Assembly (NCBI GenBank): GCA_965215505.1
Contig: OZ244065.1
Coordinates: 3,360,001 to 3,424,000 of the forward strand
Length of the DNA stretch: 64,000 bases
Origin: Capsulimonadaceae bacterium
Lineage (GTDB): Bacteria > Armatimonadota > Armatimonadia > Armatimonadales > Capsulimonadaceae
Direction: 5' to 3'
Position numbers and translations under genes: made by a program
Shown: piece by piece, positions 19,645 through 28,504 of the stretch
How the letters are laid out: every line of letters begins with the position of its first letter
Numbering within the stretch: the stretch's first letter is position 1
Notes under the pieces: model-generated
The model's input: the letters and a program-made list of their open reading frames with translations, nothing else
Databases searched by the model: none
Told to the model about the DNA's origin: nothing

Positions 19645-19941
19645 ATGAAAAGCGGGCAGTGCCCCAAGTGCGGGTCAACTGACATCCGTTCCGGGGAGTT
19701 CCTGGAGGAGAAGGAATGGAACTACATGGGCAACCGCATCCCCGTGACCATCGCCCTCCGCAACACCGCCGCCTGGCTGGACAACTACGTCTGCGTCCGC
19801 TGCGGCTACGTCGAGAGCTACATCGCCAATCCCGACCGTCTACGGGAGATTTCCGAGCGCTGGCCCGCCGCCGTGTCGACGACGCAGCACGAACCGCCGG
19901 AGGGGGTGTGGCCCCCGCCGCCCGCCGTGCCAGAGGCTTGA
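19645..19941 (+). CDS. Small zinc-ribbon protein
   Basis: CPKCGS ... CVRCGYVESY; GAGGG ribosome-binding site; directly follows the upstream gene. Confidence 0.75.
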   Translation: MKSGQCPKCGSTDIRSGEFLEEKEWNYMGNRIPVTIALRNTAAWLDNYVCVRCGYVESYIANPDRLREISERWPAAVSTTQHEPPEGVWPPPPAVPEA

Positions 19942-19957
19942 CGTCCGGCTGCTGCGG

Positions 19958-20136
19958 GCCATGCCAGCCCGACCATGCCATGAATGGCACGGCTAGACGG
20001 CCTTCGGCCAGGAAGTACCGCTTCGCGGCACTCGGAAGGAAATCCTAGGAAGGAAGTCCTAGTGCCGCGAAGCGGTACTTCCTGGCGTCCGCGCCGCGTA
20101 GCCGTGCCATTCATGGCATGGTCGGGCTGGCATGGC
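19958..20136. repeat. Nested palindromic doublet, family C
   Basis: Perfect 38-bp outer inverted repeat (19958-19995 / 20099-20136) and perfect 26-bp inner inverted repeat (20007-20032 / 20061-20086); each arm is itself a hairpin. Confidence 0.9.
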
Positions 20137-20284
20137 ATGGCCCCCGCACCCGCCGCTCCCCACCCGCCGCCTCGCTCCCCCGCGCCCGCCCTCAACGCAC
20201 CCCTTAACGTCCTAGCCAAACTCGGGAACAAAGCGGGCGGTTTTTCCGACCAAGTAGGGTACTTCACTCGCGAAAGGCCTTTCA

Positions 20285-20941
20285 ATGAACAAGCTATTAA
20301 TAAACCAGCTATTCACACGGTCCGCATTCGGGGTCGGTCTGCTGCTGGGGGTCGCCCTCCTGGGAGGGGCCGCGCGGGCGCAGGGGGAGACGCCGGTGGA
20401 CGCTGCCCCGCCCGCCCATTTGGAGGCCGGGACGACGCTGAAGATCAAGCTGCTCAAAGACTTCAGTTCTGCCACCGCCCACGTCGGCGACCGCGTGCGG
20501 GCGGAGGTGGCGGGCGACGACACGAACGATCTGCCCGCCGGCACCCTGCTCTTCGGGCATGTGACCTGGATCAAGCCCTCCGGCGGTTCGGCCCCCGCCC
20601 AGGTGGATGCCAAGTTCGACCTCCAGCGCGGCGACGGCCCCGAGGCCGTCCGTGACGCCGCCTCGGCCCACCTGACCGGCAAAGAGGACAGCAAGGCCGT
20701 GGAGGAGCGCGCCAAAAAGGGCGCGAGCGCGGGGGCCGGGCTGGGTGCGCTGCTCGGGGTCGTCCTGGGCCGCAAGCACAAGCTCGGCGACGCCGTGGGC
20801 GGCGCGATTCTGGGCGCACTCGGCGGGGGCGTGGCGGGGGCCGTGACGAACAAGCACGGCGGCGAGGTCAGCCTCAAGTCCGGCGACGAGATCACCGTCC
20901 ATCTCGACCGGGCCGTGACCCTAGGCGACGGGGCGTACTGA
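20285..20941 (+). CDS. Secreted glycine-zipper protein with VirB10/TrbI-like beta-rich fold
   Basis: Signal peptide; 'AGTTLKIKL...SSATAHVGD...LPAGT...G.V'; GAGAGLGALLG...GAILGALGGG zipper. Confidence 0.6.
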   Translation: MNKLLINQLFTRSAFGVGLLLGVALLGGAARAQGETPVDAAPPAHLEAGTTLKIKLLKDFSSATAHVGDRVRAEVAGDDTNDLPAGTLLFGHVTWIKPSGGSAPAQVDAKFDLQRGDGPEAVRDAASAHLTGKEDSKAVEERAKKGASAGAGLGALLGVVLGRKHKLGDAVGGAILGALGGGVAGAVTNKHGGEVSLKSGDEITVHLDRAVTLGDGAY

Positions 20942-20973
20942 GCCGCCCCGCCAGGGTGAATGGCAGAGCGCAC

Positions 20974-21006
20974 AAAAAGGCAGCCCCGCCGGGGCTGCCT
21001 TTTCTT
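20974..21006. terminator. Bidirectional rho-independent terminator
   Basis: AAAAGGCAGCCCC-GCC-GGGGCTGCCTTTT between convergent genes. Confidence 0.88.
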
Positions 21007-21056
21007 GCGTCCCCTGGACGCCGGGCACTTCGGAGCCTCGCACTTCAGTGCGTGGC

Positions 21057-21962
21057 TTAAAACACCTCGTCCTCGCTCACCACCGGGTTCGTCAGCGTCC
21101 CGATCTCGGCGATCCGCACCTCCACCACGTCCCCCGCGTTCAGCGGGCCGACGCCGGGCGGGGTGCCGGTCGCGATCACGTCGCCGGGGTGCAGGGCGAA
21201 GCGGTGCGAGAGGTAGGAGATCAGGAACGGGATCGAGAAGATCATCTCCGACGTGTTCGCCTGCTGACGCACCTCGCCGTTGACGCTCAGGGTGAGCTGC
21301 ACGTTCATCGGGTCGGGGACCTCGTCGGGCGTCACGATGTACGGCCCCAAAGGGCCGAAGGTGTCGTAGCTCTTGGACAGGAACCACGGGAGACTCTTGC
21401 CGATGGCCCGCTTCTGCTCGTCGCGGGCCGTCACGTCATTGATCAGCGTGTACCCCGCCACCAGCGACAGCGCCTCGACCTCGGAGACGTTCCGGCCCGC
21501 CGTGCCGATGACGACGGCAAGCTCCCCCTCGAAATCCACGCGCCCGACATCTGCCGGCAGCACGATGGGCCGGCCGTCGGCGATTACACTTGTGGAAGCC
21601 TTCTGGAAGACGATCGGCTCGTCGGGCACCTCGTTGTCCATCTCGCGCGCGTGTTCGCCGTAGTTGCGCCCGATGGCGAGGATGCGGTGCGGCGAGGGCA
21701 GCGGCGCGGCGGGCGTCACCCCCGCCTCCTGCCACAGCTTGTCTAGGACGCGCGCCCGCTCCAGATCGCGCACGGCCACCGCGTAGCCCGGAAGCCGCCC
21801 GATCACCTGGTTGATGTCGCCGGGCACGGTCAAGCCCTTGGGGGCCAGCGCCTCGGCGACGGCGACGACGCGCGCCAGCGGCAGGGTCTTCCCATTGCGG
21901 AAGACGCCCGGCAGGAACGGCTCCTGCGGGTCATCGAACTCTTTGTAGCAGACGAATTTCAC
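21057..21962 (-). CDS. Fumarylacetoacetate hydrolase family protein
   Basis: 'IGRNYGEH', 'VDFEGELAVVIG', 'NDVTARD', 'SKSYDTFGPLGP', 'GDVIATGTPPGVG'. Confidence 0.93.
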   Translation of the reverse strand: MKFVCYKEFDDPQEPFLPGVFRNGKTLPLARVVAVAEALAPKGLTVPGDINQVIGRLPGYAVAVRDLERARVLDKLWQEAGVTPAAPLPSPHRILAIGRNYGEHAREMDNEVPDEPIVFQKASTSVIADGRPIVLPADVGRVDFEGELAVVIGTAGRNVSEVEALSLVAGYTLINDVTARDEQKRAIGKSLPWFLSKSYDTFGPLGPYIVTPDEVPDPMNVQLTLSVNGEVRQQANTSEMIFSIPFLISYLSHRFALHPGDVIATGTPPGVGPLNAGDVVEVRIAEIGTLTNPVVSEDEVF

Positions 21963-21977
21963 TTGTGTTCTCCTGTA

Positions 21978-22577
21978 TCAGAAACCCGGCTCCCAGACAT
22001 AAGCCAAATCCAGAGTGAAGCCGGGCAGTTCAGGGTCCGCCGACACGGACATGGGCGCATCCTGGATGTCCGGCTGGGCACCGGGCCTGTAGACATGTAC
22101 CCGCCGCTCGGCGGCGTCAATGAGCCAGCCCAGGCGGGCATCGTTGTCCCGGTACTCGGCCATCTTCTCCTGCGTGTCGGCCAGTGAGTCCGAGGGCGAG
22201 CGCAGCTCGACCACGAAGTCCGGGCAGAGCGGCAGGAACTTCCTCTTCTGCTCCACTGTCAGCGCGGCCAGCCGTGACCGGAGCACCCAGGAGGCGTCCG
22301 GTGACCGCGTCGCGCCGTTGGGCAGGACATAGTCCGTGGACGAGTCCAGCGCGATTCCCATGCCATCCTGCCGCGCCCAGTTCCCGAGCTGCCGGCTGAC
22401 CTCGCTGTTACGGCTGCCGGTTTCAAAACCCGTTGGCGACATGATGATCCATTCTCCTGCCGCCGTCTGCTCGATCCGCAGGTCGCGATTCTGTCGGCAG
22501 AACTCGAAAAACTCATCGTCGCTGAAGTGCAGCGCGGGCCGCGCCCGCAGGACGAGCGGCTCCATCAGTGTCGTCAT
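21978..22577 (-). CDS. Uma2 (DUF820) family endonuclease
   Basis: 'LPNGATRSPDASWV', 'PLCPDFVVELRSPSD', 'KMAEY..N.ARLGWLID'. Confidence 0.92.
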   Translation of the reverse strand: MTTLMEPLVLRARPALHFSDDEFFEFCRQNRDLRIEQTAAGEWIIMSPTGFETGSRNSEVSRQLGNWARQDGMGIALDSSTDYVLPNGATRSPDASWVLRSRLAALTVEQKRKFLPLCPDFVVELRSPSDSLADTQEKMAEYRDNDARLGWLIDAAERRVHVYRPGAQPDIQDAPMSVSADPELPGFTLDLAYVWEPGF

Positions 22578-24394
22578 CGCGGTGTTCCCTCCCCGACGTG
22601 CAGCGTCCGCCGTGGGTTGATTAGCAGGATCGTCCTGCCGCCCGTCGTCTTGCGGTCGGCACCGCCGAGGATGGCCGCCTTGACCTGGGCGACCGTCAGG
22701 GCGGGGCGGGCGGCGAGGAGCTTGGCCGCGAGGTTCGTCACCTGCGGCGCGGCCATGCTGGTGCCGCTGAGTTCCAGGGTCGCCCCGCCGGGGACGAGGC
22801 TGGGGACGTCCACACCGTCGGCGTACACGTCCACGCTGCCGAACGAGGTGAAGGAGGTTTCCTCGCCGCCCTTGTCCACCGCGCCGACGACCAGCAGGTT
22901 CGGTGCCTTGACCGAGGCGGGGTAGCTGCCGTTGAACAGGACGTCCTCATCGTCGTTGCCCGCCGCCGCGACGAACAGGATGCCGGGCGCGCTGCGGATG
23001 GCCTCCAAAATGCCCTGAAAGCCGATGTCGTAGGTCTTCCGCGCCAGCGCCCGGCGCTCGGCGGGCGTGCCGCCGTCCATGTCCAAATCCGTCTCAATGT
23101 CGCTGATGCGGACGTTCCAGCTCATGTTGACGACCCGCACGCCCCTCTCTTTGAAGTAGGCGACCCCCTGGCGGAACATGGCTGCGGCCCGCCCCGCCTG
23201 CGCGACCGAGGGTGCCCCGTCAAAGGTCATGCGGCAGACCAGCAACCGCGCGGCGGGGTTGCCGCGCAGGGCGACGCCGGCGACATGGGTGCCGTGGGCG
23301 TAGCTCTCGTACCCACTGAGGCCCTCGTCGAAGTCGTGCATCTGCTCCGAGGTCATGCCCGCGATTCTGGCCTTGAGGGCGGCAGCCTCGGGGCTGTCTC
23401 TTCCGGCGGCTAGGTCAGAAGTGCCCTTCATCTGGGCCTGACCGGTGGTGGCCGCCGCCGCGCCGCCGGGGAGCGGGTAGAGCAGGTCGTTCGTCGGCTG
23501 TTCCTGTGCGTCGTAGGCGATGCCGGGCGATCCGGAAACAAGCTGGGGCCGATACAGGCTGACGTCAACGCCCGAGTCCCAGACGGCGACGGTCACGGGC
23601 GTGAGCTTCGCTGACGGGGCAAGTGTCACGTCGCGCGCCGCCCAGATGTCCGGTTGCGGGACGTCCCGCCCTGCGTCCAGGGCCGCAGAGAAGGCGGCGG
23701 CAAGGTCGGCCTTGTTGGGGACGATGTACTGGAGAACGAAAGCCTCATGGAGCAGACCATCCGCCTGCTCCTGGCTGATGGAGCCTGTTGTGGCGGCGGT
23801 GTCGGCATCGTCGGCATAAGACGCAACAAGCACGTCGCGTGAGAGGACCTCCAGCACCTGACTTTGCTGCTTCAGGCTGTCCCGCGCCAGACCGTAGGGC
23901 ACGGCCCTGTAGGCGCGCTTGATGTCGGCCCGCAAGGCCTGGTGGAAGTCCGTGCCGGGGCTTTGCAAAGCATCGAGCAGCGCCCCACCCAACAGCCCCG
24001 ATGTGGCCTTGTCGATGGGCTTGTCTTCCAGACCCTGGACCATCTTGATGTCCCTACGGGCGGCGGCGAAGTCTTTCCGCAGGAATGCTGCGTTCCCCAG
24101 CGTGCGGTACAGCCCGCGCAGGGTGGCCCGGTCTGTGATGTCATACCTAGCGAGGTCGGCGGTGATGTCGGCGCTGACGGCGGCGGCCAGGACCGAGACG
24201 ACCTCGGGGTCTTCCGCCAGCGGGCGGACTTTGCTGGTGACGGCGTAGGCGTGAATCGGCAGGTCGGCAGCGCTGCTGACCTTGACGCGGCCATCCGCCT
24301 GGGCGCTCGCCGGCACCCCAAGCAGGGCGAGGGCGAGCAGCAGCGAACACGCCGCGCCCTCCCCTCCTACTCTGACTCCTAGCCTCGTCTTCAC
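22574..24394 (-). CDS. Secreted S8 (subtilisin-like) serine peptidase
   Basis: Catalytic motifs 'VAVWDSGVD', 'HGTHVAG', 'AAAGND', 'SGTSMAAPQV'; signal peptide; 4-bp overlaps with both neighbours. Confidence 0.9.
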   Translation of the reverse strand: MKTRLGVRVGGEGAACSLLLALALLGVPASAQADGRVKVSSAADLPIHAYAVTSKVRPLAEDPEVVSVLAAAVSADITADLARYDITDRATLRGLYRTLGNAAFLRKDFAAARRDIKMVQGLEDKPIDKATSGLLGGALLDALQSPGTDFHQALRADIKRAYRAVPYGLARDSLKQQSQVLEVLSRDVLVASYADDADTAATTGSISQEQADGLLHEAFVLQYIVPNKADLAAAFSAALDAGRDVPQPDIWAARDVTLAPSAKLTPVTVAVWDSGVDVSLYRPQLVSGSPGIAYDAQEQPTNDLLYPLPGGAAAATTGQAQMKGTSDLAAGRDSPEAAALKARIAGMTSEQMHDFDEGLSGYESYAHGTHVAGVALRGNPAARLLVCRMTFDGAPSVAQAGRAAAMFRQGVAYFKERGVRVVNMSWNVRISDIETDLDMDGGTPAERRALARKTYDIGFQGILEAIRSAPGILFVAAAGNDDEDVLFNGSYPASVKAPNLLVVGAVDKGGEETSFTSFGSVDVYADGVDVPSLVPGGATLELSGTSMAAPQVTNLAAKLLAARPALTVAQVKAAILGGADRKTTGGRTILLINPRRTLHVGEGTPR

Positions 24395-24954
24395 TGCTTC
24401 CCCTCGTCCCCGGCCCGAAAGCCCATCCGCCGCTCCGGGGCGGGCGGCGCTTCGATCAGCAGGCGGATCGCCTCAAAGACGACAGCGAACTGCTCGTCAT
24501 ACTTCTGTTCCAGGGTCAGGATGCGCCGTGCCAGGTCGCCGTCCTGCGTCAAAGCCCCGCGCAGGCCGACGAAGGCCCGCATGATGGCGATGTTGACCTG
24601 CACGGCGCGCTCGCTCCGCAGGACGCTCGACAGCATGGCGACGCCCTGCTCGGTAAAGGCGTAGGTTGGCTTGCGGCGTCCACCACGCCCAGCGTTTGAT
24701 ATCACAGTTTGTGATATCAAAACCGTTGCCTCCTCGTCTGTCAACTGGAACATGAAATCATTCGGGAAGCGGGTGCCATTCCGTTTCACCGCCTGATTGA
24801 GTGTGCGTGTATCGACACCATACAGTTCCGCCAAATCGCTGTCCAGCAGCACATTCTGGCCGCGCACGGTGTAGATTCGCCGCCCAACTTGCTCCGGCGC
24901 GATGACCGCCAATTCGGCCCCTTCTGTCCGGTCGTTCTCATCCTCGTTCGCCAT
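24391..24954 (-). CDS. ORF6N domain-containing DNA-binding protein
   Basis: 'IYTVRGQNVLLDSDLAELYGVDTR.LNQAVKRN..RFP.DFMFQLT', 'YAFTEQGVAMLSSVLRSERAVQVNIAIMRAFV'; ATG 24954 with GGAGG site. Confidence 0.93.
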   Translation of the reverse strand: MANEDENDRTEGAELAVIAPEQVGRRIYTVRGQNVLLDSDLAELYGVDTRTLNQAVKRNGTRFPNDFMFQLTDEEATVLISQTVISNAGRGGRRKPTYAFTEQGVAMLSSVLRSERAVQVNIAIMRAFVGLRGALTQDGDLARRILTLEQKYDEQFAVVFEAIRLLIEAPPAPERRMGFRAGDEGKQ

Positions 24955-24982
24955 GATTGCCCTCCCTGGTCTTCGCTTTGAT

Positions 24983-25037
24983 CTTGAAGTCACAATCTGT
25001 GACTTCAAGTTTGAGATCCCAAATTGGGATCTCAAAC
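24983..25037. repeat. Two tandem 27-bp perfect palindromes matching a palindrome inside the ORF6N gene
   Basis: CTTGAAGTCACA-ATC-TGTGACTTCAAG (24983-25009) and GTTTGAGATCCCA-AAT-TGGGATCTCAAAC (25009-25037); third copy TTTGATATCACA-GTT-TGTGATATCAAA at 24695-24721. Confidence 0.9.
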
Positions 25038-25038
25038 G

Positions 25039-25668
25039 CTAGTCCTTATCATACCAGATAAGGTAGCGCTGCGTCAGGTCTTTGATGATGCTGTACGGGG
25101 CCTCGGCGCAGCGCTCGCCCCGGAAGAGGAACGTCGGGACGTGCGTCACGTCGGCGGCGTAGGCGTCATCGTCGAAGCGCACGATCTCGTCATAGTACGC
25201 CTTGGACGAGACGGCCGCGTGGAATGCCTCCCGGTCTAGGCCCGCCCCTTCCGCCAGACCGCCCAGCACTCCGAGGTCGCTGATGTCCTCGGACCGCTCC
25301 CAGAAGGCGCGGTAGACGGCCTCATTATAAGCATCGAACCGCTCCGGCTCTTTGTCCTGCGCGTAGGCCGCCCCTTCCAGGGCGTAGTGCGTGCGGATGA
25401 CGGCGATGGTCCGCCCCTCTGGCACGGGGGCACCCTCCGCCCGCGAGAATAGCTCGAAGCGCGACGGCGGCGCGTCGGGGTCTTTGGGCTGCGGCTTGAA
25501 GTCCGGCAGCGGACCCAGTTCCTCGGGCAGCAGCTCGAACCCGCGCCAGACCTGCCTGATCTGCGGGAACTCTTCGCGCAGGCGCTTGGCCTGGATGAAG
25601 CCGACCCAGCACCAGGGGCAGAGATAGTCATGGCCGATGGTCACGGTCAGGTTTTTGTCTTGAGGCAT
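25039..25668 (-). CDS. DsbA family (FrnE-like) thioredoxin-fold oxidoreductase
   Basis: 'HDYLCPWCWVG' CXXC; 'FELLPE'; 'VTHVPTF' cis-Pro motif; ATG 25668. Confidence 0.88.
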   Translation of the reverse strand: MPQDKNLTVTIGHDYLCPWCWVGFIQAKRLREEFPQIRQVWRGFELLPEELGPLPDFKPQPKDPDAPPSRFELFSRAEGAPVPEGRTIAVIRTHYALEGAAYAQDKEPERFDAYNEAVYRAFWERSEDISDLGVLGGLAEGAGLDREAFHAAVSSKAYYDEIVRFDDDAYAADVTHVPTFLFRGERCAEAPYSIIKDLTQRYLIWYDKD

Positions 25669-25748
25669 GGTAGGTTTCCTTGAAAGCAGAGGTAATCGTC
25701 TAATACCCGCTTTGCCCCGGCTGTTCCTCCACTCCGGGCCGGTTCGAC

Positions 25749-25790
25749 GTTTGATAGGCTTTAATCCATGTTTGATAGGCTCTAATCCAT
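25749..25790. repeat. 21-bp direct repeat x2, possible regulatory site upstream of the dsbA-like gene
   Basis: GTTTGATAGGCT(T/C)TAATCCAT twice, one mismatch; AT-rich. Confidence 0.6.
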
Positions 25791-25838
25791 TGACCGGCAC
25801 CGATGCGATAGGCTTCGACCTATCTTAAGGCGACACGC

Positions 25839-26750
25839 TTACGCTGCCTCCCCGTCTTCTCCTTCCGCCCTCCCCGTATGCAGCCCGACGCCGCCCGCGC
25901 GGACGGACGACGGCGCGCTGCCCGTGACGGCCTTGAAGACGCGCGAAAAGTGGTAGGGATTGGCATAGCCCAGCCGCTCGGATGTCTGCGTCACCGACAG
26001 GCCCTGACTGAGCAGGCGGCGGGCGGCGGCGACCCGGTGCCGCCGCGCCCACGAGGCCAGCGGCTCCCCCGCCGCTTTCGTGAACTGGTAGACGAGCTGC
26101 CGGGGCGTCAGATGGAGCCGGGCGGCGAGATGCGCCACTGTGGGCCGCTCGGCGGGCGCGTCGTCCAGCAGCCGCGCGACCTGGGCCACCAGGGCCTCGC
26201 CGGGCGTGCCTGCCCGCGCGTCGGCGTACAAGCCCCCCAGAAGCTCCGCACCCCGGCTCAGGAGCAGCCAAGGCCAGCCGGACGGCTGACACAGCGCCGC
26301 TTCGGCCATCTCCACGAAGGCCTGACGGCGGAGGAGGGAAACATCGGGGAAGACGGCGACGGGCGGGTCGTGTCCGCGCAGCCAGTCGTCCATCTGGTCC
26401 GCCCACGACCCGGCGAGCTGGAGGTAGTACAGGTGCCAGGGCTGACCCGGCGCGACCCGCTCACTGATCCGGCACCCCCGCGCGGCGGCGATGATCGCGC
26501 CGGGCTGGTGGCCGAAGACGCCCGCCCCGACCCGCACCTCGGCCCGCCCGTGCAGGGTCAGGAACAGAGTCAGGCGGTCCAGCGGGTCGGGCGCATAGCA
26601 GGCTCCCGGAGGGCAGACCTCGTGGACGGCGAGGATGCGTGCGAGCGTGTCCCCCGTCGGGGCGGGGGAGTCGCCCGGCGCGTCGGCCAGGCCGACATCC
26701 ACGCGCCGGCTCTGGCCGGGCTGTAGTAGGAAGTCAGCGGGGTTTGTCAA
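25839..26750 (-). CDS. AraC family transcriptional regulator
   Basis: C-terminal double HTH 'ARRLLSQGLSVTQTSERLGYANPYHFSRVFKAVTGSAPS'; N-terminal cupin-like domain. Confidence 0.9.
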   Translation of the reverse strand: MTNPADFLLQPGQSRRVDVGLADAPGDSPAPTGDTLARILAVHEVCPPGACYAPDPLDRLTLFLTLHGRAEVRVGAGVFGHQPGAIIAAARGCRISERVAPGQPWHLYYLQLAGSWADQMDDWLRGHDPPVAVFPDVSLLRRQAFVEMAEAALCQPSGWPWLLLSRGAELLGGLYADARAGTPGEALVAQVARLLDDAPAERPTVAHLAARLHLTPRQLVYQFTKAAGEPLASWARRHRVAAARRLLSQGLSVTQTSERLGYANPYHFSRVFKAVTGSAPSSVRAGGVGLHTGRAEGEDGEAA

Positions 26751-26843
26751 ATCGGATATGCCGCCTTGCGTGTTCGGGAATGGCTATCGGCCTGGGGAGA
26801 GTGTACCATGGGGAACAGGAAACTTGAAGGGGGACCCAAAGGG

Positions 26844-26975
26844 GCGAGTGATTAAAATCACTCGCTGACGCAAGACCTGTCCAGGGGACAGAAGAGGGGA
26901 GTGGACCGGGCATATCATTCTGCTCCTTTGTCCCTTGGACAAATCCGGCCGTAGCGAGTGATTTCAATCACTCGC
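26844..26975. repeat. Nested palindromic doublet, family A
   Basis: CGAGTGATTAAAATCACTCG-CT-N7-GACCTGTCCAGGGGACAG ... TTGTCCCTTGGACAAATC-N7-AG-CGAGTGATTTCAATCACTCG. Confidence 0.92.
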
Positions 26976-27002
26976 CCTCTCTCACGCGATGGAGGACCGA
27001 AA

Positions 27003-27785
27003 ATGCTCGCCCAAGAACAGCCCGCCGCGATAGCATTTCAAAACGATCTGGCCGCACAAGCCGCCTTTTTCCAGGCCAACAGCTACGTCACGCTGCCGGA
27101 CCTGCTGCCGCCCGCCCTCGTGGCCGAGATGAACGCCGCCATTGACCGCGACCACGCCGAACACGGCTACTTCTGGGACAGCGAGGTCAGCCGCAACGGC
27201 ACCTCCAACCTGCTCCTGACCGAGCCGGTGTTTGAGAAGGCCGTCCGCCACCCCGCCGTGCTGGCCCTGGTGGAAACTTTGATGGGCGGCCCGGTCTGCT
27301 TCGAAGAGCTGTCGGTGCAGATCACCAAGCCCAGCGACCAAGCCCGCCCGACCGGCTGGCACCGGGACTGCGGCCACTGGCTGGAACACCCCCTGCACCT
27401 GGACTACCCGCAGATCATCTACTATCTGTCCGATGTCGGCGCGGGCGACCACCACTTCACGGTCAGCCCCGAGCCGGCGGGGGGCGAGGTGCTGGACACG
27501 CCCGCCCAGCTCACGCGGGGCGGCAGCGTCCCCTTCCGGGGCCGGGCCGGGTCCGGCATCCTCTTCAACGCCGCCGTCCTGCACGGCGCGACTCTGGCCG
27601 CGACGCCCAACGAGCGCCGCATCCTCCAGGTCTATTATGGCCACGCCGCCCGCCCGTCACTCTCGCAGGTGACTCTGATGCCGCCGCGCCTGTGGCGCGA
27701 CGACCCCGACCCCGAAGTCCGCCGCTTCTACGGCAAGCTGAACCGCGTCACGACCGACATGCGCCGCTGGCTCGGCGCGGAGTAG
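27003..27785 (+). CDS. Phytanoyl-CoA dioxygenase (PhyH) family Fe(II)/2OG dioxygenase
   Basis: 'WHRD' ... 'LHG' ... 'RR' facial-triad pattern; ATG 27003 with GGAGG site. Confidence 0.8.
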   Translation: MLAQEQPAAIAFQNDLAAQAAFFQANSYVTLPDLLPPALVAEMNAAIDRDHAEHGYFWDSEVSRNGTSNLLLTEPVFEKAVRHPAVLALVETLMGGPVCFEELSVQITKPSDQARPTGWHRDCGHWLEHPLHLDYPQIIYYLSDVGAGDHHFTVSPEPAGGEVLDTPAQLTRGGSVPFRGRAGSGILFNAAVLHGATLAATPNERRILQVYYGHAARPSLSQVTLMPPRLWRDDPDPEVRRFYGKLNRVTTDMRRWLGAE

Positions 27786-27796
27786 ACGGGGGAAGA

Positions 27797-28504
27797 ATGA
27801 TCACACCGGAAGAGAAGAAGCAGTTCCTAGACGTGGGCTACCTGCACGTCCCCGGCGCGGTCGCCGGCCGGCACCTGGCCCGCCTCCAGGCCGAATTCGA
27901 CCGAGTCTGGGACCTGCCGGGCCGCTGCAACCAGCACAAGCTGCTCCAGCACCGGATGTTCCTGGACCTGATCGTTCACCCGCCCATCCTGGACCGGCAC
28001 CGCGCCCTGTTCGGGGCGCAGACCCAGCTCCTCCAGTATGACCTGCTGCGGCAGGGGCCGCGCAACGACACCTTCCCGCTGCGGTCCTGGCACCGCGACT
28101 TCGTGTTCCCCGGCGACACGCCCCTGTCGGTCAACACACTGCTGTTCCTGGACCCCATCGGCGAGTCGGCGGGGCCGACGCGCGTCGTCCCGCACAGCCA
28201 CCGGGGGGGCGCGAGTCCCAGCGCAGGTCAGTCGGGGCAGCCCCACCCGAAGGAGGTGGCGGTGTACGCCGCGCCGGGCGACGCCATCTTCATCAACAGC
28301 GCCGTCTGGCACACCGGCGGGCGCAACGAGGGGGAAGGGCTGCGCCGGGGCATTTATCTTTATTACGGCTACTGGTGGCTCAAACGCTACGAGTCCGACC
28401 ACGCTCTCCCCTGGCGGGCATTGGAGGGCGCGGACGAGGAGCGCCTGACTCTGCTGGGCGTCAAGAACCCCGGCGGCGCGGACCTGCACCAGTATTCGCC
28501 GTGA
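27797..28504 (+). CDS. Phytanoyl-CoA dioxygenase (PhyH) family dioxygenase
   Basis: 'WHRD', 'GPTRVVPHSH', 'PGDAIFINSAVWHTGGRN'; ATG 27797. Confidence 0.88.
   Translation: MITPEEKKQFLDVGYLHVPGAVAGRHLARLQAEFDRVWDLPGRCNQHKLLQHRMFLDLIVHPPILDRHRALFGAQTQLLQYDLLRQGPRNDTFPLRSWHRDFVFPGDTPLSVNTLLFLDPIGESAGPTRVVPHSHRGGASPSAGQSGQPHPKEVAVYAAPGDAIFINSAVWHTGGRNEGEGLRRGIYLYYGYWWLKRYESDHALPWRALEGADEERLTLLGVKNPGGADLHQYSP

Noticed and set aside
21978-24954. Prophage remnant suggested by ORF6N and Uma2
   Set aside because: No integrase, structural or replication genes nearby; both families commonly occur as stand-alone chromosomal genes.
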